Source of the DNA: an uncultured Vicinamibacterales bacterium
Lineage (GTDB): Bacteria; Acidobacteriota; Vicinamibacteria; Vicinamibacterales; JAKQTR01
Length of the DNA: 61,723 nucleotides
Assembly: GCA_964547975.1 (NCBI GenBank)
Contig: CAZJRM010000002.1
Span: forward strand, 1 to 61,723
Direction: 5' to 3'
The position numbers and the translations under genes were made by a program. Below the pieces are notes generated by a model that did not search any database, was not told the origin of the DNA, and saw only the letters and a program-made list of their open reading frames with translations. Below, one piece after another: positions 54,490 to 61,723 of the stretch; positions within the stretch are counted from its first letter, which is position 1, and every line of letters begins with the position of its first letter.

Positions 54490-55374
54490 ATGAAGGGACA
54501 AGGGGCAAGGGACAAGGGGCAAGGGGCGAGGGACAGGGGGCAGAAGCCGACCCCGCGGCGGTGGCCGTGGGTCGCGGCCGGTCTGCTCGCCGTCCTCGCA
54601 GCCGTCCTGCTCCTGACTCGCGACACCTCGACCACGGATGCGGCGGCGCCCACTATCGCCGCCGCCGCATCCGCCGTCACGTGGTTCGACTACGACATCA
54701 TCCGCACCTACCCGCACGACCCCGAGGCCTTCACGCAGGGCCTCGTCTACCGTGACGGGTTTCTCTACGAAAGCACGGGACTCGAACAGGCGTCGACGCT
54801 GCGCAAGGTCGAGATCGAGACCGGACGCGTCCTGCAGCAGGCCGCGGTCGGGCGCGAGCACTTTGCCGAAGGCCTCGCCGACGTCGGCGACCGGCTCGTC
54901 CAGTTGACGTGGCAGTCGCACGTCGGTCTCGTTTACGACCTGAAGTCGTTCGCGCTCCTTCGCACGTTTCCTTACGAGGGTGAAGGCTGGGGTCTCGTGC
55001 ACGACGGACGCCGGCTCATCATGAGTGACGGCACGTCCACCTTGCGCATCCTCGACCCGGACACGTTGAAGGAGACGGGACGCCTCCCGGTCACCGAGGA
55101 CGGCCGCCCGCTCTCCGACCTCAACGAACTGGAAATGGTGAAGGGCCGGCTCTTCGCCAACATCTGGATGACCGACCAACTGGCGATCATCAATCCGGCC
55201 ACCGGCTCCGTTACCGGCCGCGTGAACCTCCGGGGGCTCCTGGCGCCAGCCGACCTTCAGCGCCGCGTGGACGTCTTAAACGGCATCGCCTACGACGCGG
55301 CCGGCGACCGGCTCTTCGTCACGGGCAAGTGGTGGCCGAAGCTGTTCGAAATCCGGCTGAAAGCGCGACCGTAG
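54490..55374 (+). CDS. glutaminyl-peptide cyclotransferase (bacterial/plant beta-propeller type)
   Basis: YPHDPEAFTQGLVY..GFLYESTG, LTWQSHVGLVYD, EGWGLVHDG and LNELEMVKGRLFANIW. A TM/signal anchor follows a repeat-encoded N-terminus. The start is ATG 54490 or TTG 54469. Confidence 0.8.
   Translation: MKGQGARDKGQGARDRGQKPTPRRWPWVAAGLLAVLAAVLLLTRDTSTTDAAAPTIAAAASAVTWFDYDIIRTYPHDPEAFTQGLVYRDGFLYESTGLEQASTLRKVEIETGRVLQQAAVGREHFAEGLADVGDRLVQLTWQSHVGLVYDLKSFALLRTFPYEGEGWGLVHDGRRLIMSDGTSTLRILDPDTLKETGRLPVTEDGRPLSDLNELEMVKGRLFANIWMTDQLAIINPATGSVTGRVNLRGLLAPADLQRRVDVLNGIAYDAAGDRLFVTGKWWPKLFEIRLKARP
54495..54543 (+). repeat. seven tandem heptamers GGGRCRR (G-quadruplex-capable) inside the 5' end of the cyclase ORF
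   Basis: GGGACAA GGGGCAA GGGACAA GGGGCAA GGGGCGA GGGACAG GGGGCAG read directly, beginning 2 nt after the end of the ATG codon (54490-54492). Confidence 0.9.
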
Positions 55375-55407
55375 ACGGCGGTTCGCCGCAATCCCTGGGA
55401 GGCACCG

Positions 55408-57285
55408 ATGGACGTGCCACGACGCCACGCGCTGGAACGCATCGTTCTGGCGGCGGTCCTCGCCGCGACTCTTCCCGGGTCGACCACGCTCGCACAACAG
55501 GCCCCTCCTCCCGCCCCTGTCGCCCACGCCGAAACGCCAGCCACCGGCGTCATCTCGGGCCTCGTCATCGCCGCGGACAATGCGCTCCCGGTCCGCCGCG
55601 CGCGCGTGGTGGTCTCGGGAGGCCCGCTACCAGCGCCGCGGACCGGCCCCACGGCTACCGCCACACTCATGGTCGCCGGCGGGACCTCGATGACTCGCAC
55701 GGAAGCGACGACCGATGCGGACGGCCGCTTCGAGGTGCGCAATCTCCCGGACGGTCTGTACGGCGTCAGCGTGCTGCCGCCGGCGGGATTCGTCTCGCCG
55801 CGCCCGGTGCCGCCGATCCGTGTCGAGAGCGGGAAGGCGGTTCCCGTCACCGTGAAGGTCGATCGGGCTGGCGCGATCGAAGGCCGCGTGCTCGACGGCG
55901 ACGGCGAACCGGTGGCGCACGCCATGGTGCGCGCGGTGTCATGGACGTCGGCCGCGGGCACACGCCGGCTTGCGGGCCGGAGTGGCGCCTCGACGAACGA
56001 CCTCGGACAGTTCAGGCTGTTCGGCCTGCCCGCCGGAGAGTACTTCGTCAGTGCGCAAGCCCAACCCCAGTCGATGAGGCTCCGTGACGAAGCCGCCCCG
56101 CCGGCGCCAGGCTTCGTCCCCACGTACTTCCCGGGCACCGCGGACATCGCTGGCGCCACGCCGATCAAGGTGAGCGCCGGCGGAGACGTCGCTGGCATCG
56201 ACATCCCGCTTCAGACGGCCACGCTCGTCACAGTCGCCGGCCGCGTGATCCTGCCCGGCGGGCAGGCACCGCCCGCCGGGACGCGGCCTTCGGTCACGCT
56301 GGTCTCGATCGCCGACGACCAGTCCCTACCTGGCTACGGCCCGCAGGATTCGTCGTCGTACCGGTTCGCAGGCGTGCCTCCGGGCGATTACCTCCTCGCA
56401 GCATCCGTCGTGCCCGCCAGCGGTTCCTGGTCGAGCAGCGACTCGATGCCGCCGCGCCCGGGTGTCATCGTCCCTGTCCATGTCGGTAGCGCCAACGTCA
56501 GCGTCGACCTGGAGCTCAACCTCGGCGCCACGGTGTCCGGCAGCGTTCGAATCGAAGGACAGGCCCCGGCCGTCGACATGTCCGCGCCGGGGCTGCGGTC
56601 GAACGACACCTCCGCGCCAGTCACCATCGCGCCGCGCCTCGTCTCCTCGTCCGGCGGCACGATGATGGCCACCGCGCCCGGCCGGCCAGTCCAGGCGTCG
56701 GAAGACGGCGCGTTCACGCTGACCGGGCTTCGCGGACAGTTCCTGATCGGCGCCTTCGGTCCCGCCCCGCTCGCGTCGGTCAGGTTGCACGGCCGCGACA
56801 TCACGGGAACACCGCTCGACCTCGACGGCACCGAACAGATCGACGGAGTCGAGGTGGTGCTCACCAGGGAGGTCGGTCGGATCGGAGGCCGGGTACTCGA
56901 CCAGCAGGGCCAGCCGTACGGCCGCGCGTTCGTCCTGGTCGTCCCCGCCGAACCCGAGCGGGTGTTTCCCCTCTCGCCATTCATCAAGAGCGCCGGGACC
57001 ACCGACCAGGCCACGGCGACGCTCCCCGCGTCCGGCACGCCCGGGGGCGGGACACCGTCCCGCACGGGCGCCACTCGTGCGACCGGTGAGTTCTCCCTGC
57101 CGCCACTCGTGCCCGGCAAGTACTGGGTCGTCGCGTACGACCGCTACACCGGCCCCGTCGGGACCCCGGACATCGACACGATCAGGACGCTCGCGCCGCA
57201 CGGTAGGTCCGTCACTGTCGGGGCGGGCAACGTCGTGACCATCGACGTCAGGCTGACCGCGTGGCCACTCGACGGCGCGAAGTAA
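55408..57285 (+). CDS. secreted CarboxypepD_reg-like (carboxypeptidase regulatory-like) multi-domain protein
   Basis: Signal peptide. GVISGLVIAADNALPVRRARV...TDADGRFEVRNLPDGLYGV repeats of the transthyretin-like fold. Confidence 0.8.
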   Translation: MDVPRRHALERIVLAAVLAATLPGSTTLAQQAPPPAPVAHAETPATGVISGLVIAADNALPVRRARVVVSGGPLPAPRTGPTATATLMVAGGTSMTRTEATTDADGRFEVRNLPDGLYGVSVLPPAGFVSPRPVPPIRVESGKAVPVTVKVDRAGAIEGRVLDGDGEPVAHAMVRAVSWTSAAGTRRLAGRSGASTNDLGQFRLFGLPAGEYFVSAQAQPQSMRLRDEAAPPAPGFVPTYFPGTADIAGATPIKVSAGGDVAGIDIPLQTATLVTVAGRVILPGGQAPPAGTRPSVTLVSIADDQSLPGYGPQDSSSYRFAGVPPGDYLLAASVVPASGSWSSSDSMPPRPGVIVPVHVGSANVSVDLELNLGATVSGSVRIEGQAPAVDMSAPGLRSNDTSAPVTIAPRLVSSSGGTMMATAPGRPVQASEDGAFTLTGLRGQFLIGAFGPAPLASVRLHGRDITGTPLDLDGTEQIDGVEVVLTREVGRIGGRVLDQQGQPYGRAFVLVVPAEPERVFPLSPFIKSAGTTDQATATLPASGTPGGGTPSRTGATRATGEFSLPPLVPGKYWVVAYDRYTGPVGTPDIDTIRTLAPHGRSVTVGAGNVVTIDVRLTAWPLDGAK

Positions 57286-57352
57286 TCACCGGGCTGACCG
57301 TCGGTCGAGCCCGCCACGCGCAGCGCGGCCGGCGTTGAACGCGCGCTCGACA

Positions 57353-59215
57353 ATGGAGGCACCCGTGGCCCTCTGGTCCCGATTCACTGCAGCGCTGCTC
57401 GTCATCTGCGCGGCCACAGCGATCGCGACTGAGCAACCGTCCGCCCAGATCGGCACGCTGCGGACCACCCCCGACGACGGCCGGGGCACGCCAGCCGCCG
57501 CCGGCGTCATCACGGGCCTCGTCGTCGCCGCCGACAATGCGCTCCCGATCCGCAGCGCGCGCGTGTCCGTCATCGGTGGCACGCCGCCTCCGGCGCGAAC
57601 CGGGCCGGCATCGACGGTGACGCCGCAGTTCGCCGCCGGCTCAACCCAGGCCCGGGCCGAAGCCCTCACCGACGCCAGCGGTCGATTCGAGGTCGGGGCC
57701 CTGCCTGACGGCCTCTACACGGTCAACGTTCGTCCGCCTGGAGGGTTCATCGCGCCACCGCCCGTCACGTCCGTCCGCATCGACGGAGGCCAAGCGGCCA
57801 CTGTCACGATCAAGGTCGAACGAGGCGGCGCGATCGAAGGACGTGTGCTCGACGCCGACGGCGATCCGGTGACGGGGGCCATGGTACGCGGGCTGTCATG
57901 GATGACGATGAACGGCACACGCCGGATGGTCCAGCGAGCCGGGGCCACGACGAATGACCTCGGCCAGTACAGACTCTTCGGTCTTCCCGCAGGCGAGTAC
58001 GTCGTGACCGCCATCGTTCGTCCTCCAGTCGACGCGCGCACACCACTGGTGGGATTCGCGCCGACGTACTTCCCGGGCACCACGGACTTCGGCGACTCGA
58101 CCCGAATCGCCGTCGTTGGCGGCGCGAACATCTCGGGCATCGACATTCCGCTCCAGTCCGCGACGCTGGCCACGATCACGGGCACGGTCAGCATGGCGGG
58201 AGGCCGGCCATTGCCGCCCGACACGCGTCCGTCCGTCAGCCTGGTGTCCGCGACCGACGAGCAGATGACGCCGACGTGGGGCCCGTCCCAGGGCACGCGA
58301 ACGTATCGCATCGCCGGTGTAGCCCCGGGCGAGTACTATCTCGTGGCGCACACCGCGTCAGTCACGGGCTCGTCCACGTACTCACCGACGCGCCCCGGTG
58401 CCGTCGTGCCCGTCCACGTGGCTGGCACCGACCTGACTGTCGACATCGAACTCAACACCGGGGCTACCATCTCGGGTTCGGTCCGAATCGGAGGACAGAC
58501 GCGGATCCCCGACATCGCCGTGCCAGGCGGGACACCTCTCACAGCCCTGTCGCGGGTGTCCGTCGTGCCCAGGCCCCTCACCACCGGGTTCATGGGCGTG
58601 ATGGCCGTCGGCCCTCCGGCCCGCGTCGCCGAGAATGGGACCTTCACGCTCGCCGGCATGCGCGGGCAGTTCCTCTTCGACGTCTACGGCCCATGCGCAT
58701 TGACGGCCGTCCGCCTGAACGGGCGCGACATCACGGGATCGCCGCTCGCCCTGGCGGGCACCGAGAATCTCGATGGTCTCGAAGTCATGGTCACGACCGA
58801 CGTCGGGGCGATTCGTGGACGGGTCCTCGACCAGAACGGCCGGCCAACCGGGCAGGCGCTCGTGATCGCGGTTCCCATCGAACCCGATCGCGTCTACACG
58901 CTCTCGCCGTTCGTGAGGAGCACCGGCACCGTCGACACCTCCACCTGGGCCACCCGTCCGCCAGACGTCGCCACCACCGGCGGGCCAGCCGCGACGAGCG
59001 CGTCCGGCGTGACGGGAGACTTCGCGATCCCACGAATCCTGCCCGGCAAGTATCGGCTCGTGGCCTACGACGGCAAGCCGGGCGCGGTGGGAGGCCCTGA
59101 CGTGGACGACCTCAGGAAGAGTGCTGCCAGCGCGAACACCATCACCGTCGAGATCGGGAAGACCGTCACGATCGACCTCAAGGCGATCCGGTTGCCGGGG
59201 AGCAGCCCGAAGTAA
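57353..59215 (+). CDS. secreted CarboxypepD_reg-like multi-domain protein, tandem paralog
   Basis: Collinear with 55408-57285 (GVITGLVVAADNALPIRSARV...TDASGRFEVGALPDGLYTV). TTG 57335 is an alternative start. Confidence 0.8.
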   Translation: MEAPVALWSRFTAALLVICAATAIATEQPSAQIGTLRTTPDDGRGTPAAAGVITGLVVAADNALPIRSARVSVIGGTPPPARTGPASTVTPQFAAGSTQARAEALTDASGRFEVGALPDGLYTVNVRPPGGFIAPPPVTSVRIDGGQAATVTIKVERGGAIEGRVLDADGDPVTGAMVRGLSWMTMNGTRRMVQRAGATTNDLGQYRLFGLPAGEYVVTAIVRPPVDARTPLVGFAPTYFPGTTDFGDSTRIAVVGGANISGIDIPLQSATLATITGTVSMAGGRPLPPDTRPSVSLVSATDEQMTPTWGPSQGTRTYRIAGVAPGEYYLVAHTASVTGSSTYSPTRPGAVVPVHVAGTDLTVDIELNTGATISGSVRIGGQTRIPDIAVPGGTPLTALSRVSVVPRPLTTGFMGVMAVGPPARVAENGTFTLAGMRGQFLFDVYGPCALTAVRLNGRDITGSPLALAGTENLDGLEVMVTTDVGAIRGRVLDQNGRPTGQALVIAVPIEPDRVYTLSPFVRSTGTVDTSTWATRPPDVATTGGPAATSASGVTGDFAIPRILPGKYRLVAYDGKPGAVGGPDVDDLRKSAASANTITVEIGKTVTIDLKAIRLPGSSPK

Positions 59216-59260
59216 CCACGGCGGCGTCACCACGGTCCAATCCATCACAAGGCGCCCCGC

Positions 59261-59281
59261 GGCTCGCGGCTCGCGGCTCAC
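59261..59281 (+). repeat. heptamer triplet GGCTCGC GGCTCGC GGCTCAC
   Basis: Read directly. It ends 2 nt before ATG 59284. Confidence 0.6.
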
Positions 59282-59283
59282 CG

Positions 59284-60267
59284 ATGGAGACGGTCGTGAC
59301 CCCAACTTCTCGAATCACCGCACTGCTGCTGGTTGTCTTCACAGCAAGCACGCTGGCGTTCCACCATCCATCCCGATCTCCGAACGGTCAGCGGCAGCCG
59401 GACGCCACGCGGGCTCTCGCCGTCGGCCATCGAACGCGCACGTATCGCGTACACACGCCGCCAGGCCGCCACCCTCAGCCGTTGCCGCTCCTCATCGCGC
59501 TGCACGGCGGCGGCGGCAGCGGCCTGCAGATGCAGCGGAACTACGGGTTCGACGAACTCGCCGATCGCGAAGGCTTCATCGTCGCGTATCCGGACGGCAC
59601 CGGGCGCCTTCGCCAGATCGGCCTGACGTGGAACGGCGGCACGTGTTGCGGATACGCGCTCGACCAGCAGGTCGACGACGTCGCCTTCCTTCGCGCGATG
59701 GTCGCCGACGCGGTGCGCGAGTTCCCGGTCGATCGTTCGCGCATCTACGTCACCGGCCACTCGAACGGCGGGATGATGGCGCATCGGTTCGCGCGCGAAG
59801 CCGCCGATCTCATCGCCGCCGCGGCACCGGTCGCTGGCGCCACGCTCGACCTCGCCGCCCGCCCCTCGCGCGCGGTCCCGCTGGTGCACATTCACAGCGT
59901 GGACGATCCACGTGCCGCGTGGGACGGTTCGATTCACGTCGGAGACGCAGGCACCGGCGCCAGCCCGGACGAGGCCATCCGCTGGTGGGTGCAGCAGAAC
60001 GGATGCGCGTCCACACCGACGGTTGCCGCGCCGATTTCGTGGATGCCTCCAGGCGGAGGTGCAGCGCACACGGCCACGCGGATCACGTACGGCGGGTGCA
60101 GGGAGAGCGCCGAGGTGGTCCTGCTGAAGCTGACCGGGACGGGACACGCGTGGCCCGGGCACGGCCCGGCAGCCCGCGCGGACCGCACGGGTCCGCTGAC
60201 GCAGGTCATCGACGCGACGAGCGAAGTGTGGGGATTCGTGAAGAGGTTCACGCGGGTGTCACGGTAA
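59284..60267 (+). CDS. PHB-depolymerase-family esterase (LpqC-type alpha/beta hydrolase)
   Basis: LPLLIALHGGGGSG, TWNGGTCCGYA and the nucleophile elbow GHSNGG. Confidence 0.85.
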   Translation: METVVTPTSRITALLLVVFTASTLAFHHPSRSPNGQRQPDATRALAVGHRTRTYRVHTPPGRHPQPLPLLIALHGGGGSGLQMQRNYGFDELADREGFIVAYPDGTGRLRQIGLTWNGGTCCGYALDQQVDDVAFLRAMVADAVREFPVDRSRIYVTGHSNGGMMAHRFAREAADLIAAAAPVAGATLDLAARPSRAVPLVHIHSVDDPRAAWDGSIHVGDAGTGASPDEAIRWWVQQNGCASTPTVAAPISWMPPGGGAAHTATRITYGGCRESAEVVLLKLTGTGHAWPGHGPAARADRTGPLTQVIDATSEVWGFVKRFTRVSR

Positions 60268-60269
60268 GG

Positions 60270-60287
60270 GCCCGACCGAAGTCGGGC
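60270..60287. repeat. single REP-like hairpin between convergent genes
   Basis: GCCCGAC-CGAA-GTCGGGC. Confidence 0.5.
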
Positions 60288-60297
60288 GCTACGCCTG

Positions 60298-61723
60298 TCA
60301 CCGCACGGGGCCGCCGACGACGCGCTTAAAGGTGGCGCCGGCGGCCAGCGACCCCGTCGGCTGAAGCGCGTTGATAAGCTCGACCGTCTGCGCCGGCACC
60401 GTCGACGGATAGTCACGTAACAACTGGTCCATCGTCGCGGGCTTCGAGAGTTCGACCAGTTTCAGCCGCCGCGGTTCCACCTTCAACACGGCGGGATCGG
60501 TCTCGCGCGCGAAACTCGCCAGCGTATCGGCGAGCGCTCGGCTGCGCCTCGGCCACGCGTACTCGGACGCGTAGCCCATCACCTGGAACACGCGGTCGTT
60601 CAGGGACACCCACGCAGCCAGCCCCTCGACGGCCGCCGAGTCTCCGACGGCTCTGAAGGTCGAGGACACGGCCGGCAGCCCCCCGATCGACTGCCGCCAC
60701 GGCTCGCCCGCGACGATGCCGTCCTGCGCGAAGAACTTCCGCGCGGCGGCCTGCGGCGTCGGCTCGGTCGACAGCCGCAGCACGACGATCGCGTCCTGCT
60801 CGGCGCTCATCGCGCTGACCGCCTGCTTCTCGTTCGATCGTTTCCAGCCAATCGGCATGGTCACGCGGAACGTCAGGTCGGGATGGTGGAACACCTCGCC
60901 TTCGAAGTAGCCCTCGCGCGGGTTCTCGCCGAAGACCAGCCCGTCGAGGCGGCGGAGGTACGCGGGCCGGTTGACCGCGAGGCCGGAGAGGTCCTGACCG
61001 AGGCCTGCGACGGCCGATTCGGCCCAGGCTTCGCGGTTCTCCGGATCGGGATGGCTCGCCAACCACTGCGGCAGCCGCCCGGCGTGCTGCGCCTGCTGGC
61101 TGACGCCGCTCAGCATGCGGAACAAGTCGCTCATCTCCCGCGGGTCGTACCCGCCCCGCAGCATGTATCGCATGCCGAGACGATCCGCCTCCGACTCGTC
61201 GGCGCGCCCGAACTTGAGGAACATCAGGCCGAGCCCAGCCTGGGCCGCGCCGCCGTAGCGCGCCACTTTCGGGGACAGGATCATGCCGGCCAGCAGTCCG
61301 ACCTGCGCGAGTTGCTGGCGGCTCATCTGGCTGACGGAATGGCGGGCGGTGACGTGGCCGATCTCGTGGCCGAGCACGGCGACGAGTTCCGCCTCGGAGT
61401 TCATGTGCGCGAGGATGCCGCGCGTCACGTAGACGAAGCCGCCGGGGATGGCAAACGCATTGACGGCCGGGTCGTCGACGACACGGAAGGTCCACGGCAG
61501 GTGCGGTCGTTCGCTGGCCGCGGCAAGCCTGCTGCCGAGCGCCTGGACGTACAGCTGCAGGTCCGCGTTCGGATAGAGACCGATGGACGCGATGACGTCC
61601 TTGTCGGCCTCGCGGCCCATCTCGATTTCCTGGGCCTCGCTCATCAACACGAGTTCGCGTTGGCCGGTGACGGGGTTGGTCGCGCACCCTGACGCCAGCG
61701 CCGACACCACGCCGAGGACGGCG
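60298..61723 (-). CDS. M48-family zinc metallopeptidase lipoprotein (5' end runs off the window)
   Basis: HEIGHVTARH (HExxH) and the lipobox-like LASGC at the N-terminus. The frame stays open to the window edge. Confidence 0.85.
   Translation of the reverse strand, partial: AVLGVVSALASGCATNPVTGQRELVLMSEAQEIEMGREADKDVIASIGLYPNADLQLYVQALGSRLAAASERPHLPWTFRVVDDPAVNAFAIPGGFVYVTRGILAHMNSEAELVAVLGHEIGHVTARHSVSQMSRQQLAQVGLLAGMILSPKVARYGGAAQAGLGLMFLKFGRADESEADRLGMRYMLRGGYDPREMSDLFRMLSGVSQQAQHAGRLPQWLASHPDPENREAWAESAVAGLGQDLSGLAVNRPAYLRRLDGLVFGENPREGYFEGEVFHHPDLTFRVTMPIGWKRSNEKQAVSAMSAEQDAIVVLRLSTEPTPQAAARKFFAQDGIVAGEPWRQSIGGLPAVSSTFRAVGDSAAVEGLAAWVSLNDRVFQVMGYASEYAWPRRSRALADTLASFARETDPAVLKVEPRRLKLVELSKPATMDQLLRDYPSTVPAQTVELINALQPTGSLAAGATFKRVVGGPVR

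Noticed and set aside
59272-59281. A 10-nt match (GCGGCTCACC) to the 3' end of tRNA-Lys, considered as a possible att-site duplicate bounding an island from 34 to 59 kb.
   Set aside because: A 10-mer match is expected by chance at about this scale. It lies inside a heptamer repeat. No integrase or other mobility gene lies between the sites, and the gene content is ordinary chromosomal.

Overview
Very GC-rich bacterial chromosomal window. The gene content (PEP-CTERM proteins, CarboxypepD_reg proteins) suggests Acidobacteriota-like; this is inference only. No transposase, integrase, CRISPR array or rRNA was seen.

The left 26 kb is a PEP-CTERM-type exopolysaccharide (EPS) locus.
- A plus-strand operon (4.7-12.1 kb) carries glycosyltransferases, a CapK/PaaK-like ligase and a Wzy/O-antigen-ligase-like protein, with four consecutive ATGA start/stop overlaps.
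- It converges on a long minus-strand operon (24.8-12.1 kb): Wza-like exporter, outer-membrane protein, chain-length determinant, ExeA-like ATPase, BY-kinase, priming sugar transferase, a deacetylase-like protein, flippase and an SGNH esterase.
- The minus-strand operon is headed by PilZ - PilZ - receiver-less sigma-54 activator, with a second receiver-less sigma-54 activator just upstream.
- No exosortase gene and no PrsK/PrsR-type two-component pair is visible.

Three monocistronic PEP-CTERM genes (3730, 31186, 42634) each carry a correctly spaced TGG-N9-TTGC (-24/-12) element and a hairpin terminator. A similar element precedes the PilZ operon.

The remainder encodes DsbD, PLP enzymes, a FAAL-type adenylating enzyme, tRNA-Lys(CTT) and a QueC-like PP-loop orphan. 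It also encodes an M16 peptidase pair, nitronate monooxygenase, a frameshifted DEAD-box helicase, GGT and a sulfatase. Further genes are a membrane spermidine-synthase-like protein, glutaminyl cyclase, two tandem CarboxypepD_reg paralogs, a PHB-depolymerase-type esterase and an M48 peptidase.

Non-genic structure of note:
- Heptanucleotide tandem arrays. One is G-quadruplex-capable and lies inside the 5' coding end of the cyclase gene.
- A double-hairpin REP-like family, with one 60-nt in-frame copy inside an ORF.
- A GACCTARAAGGGGGCCWGGCCCCCTTTT palindrome family bracketing a two-gene cassette.
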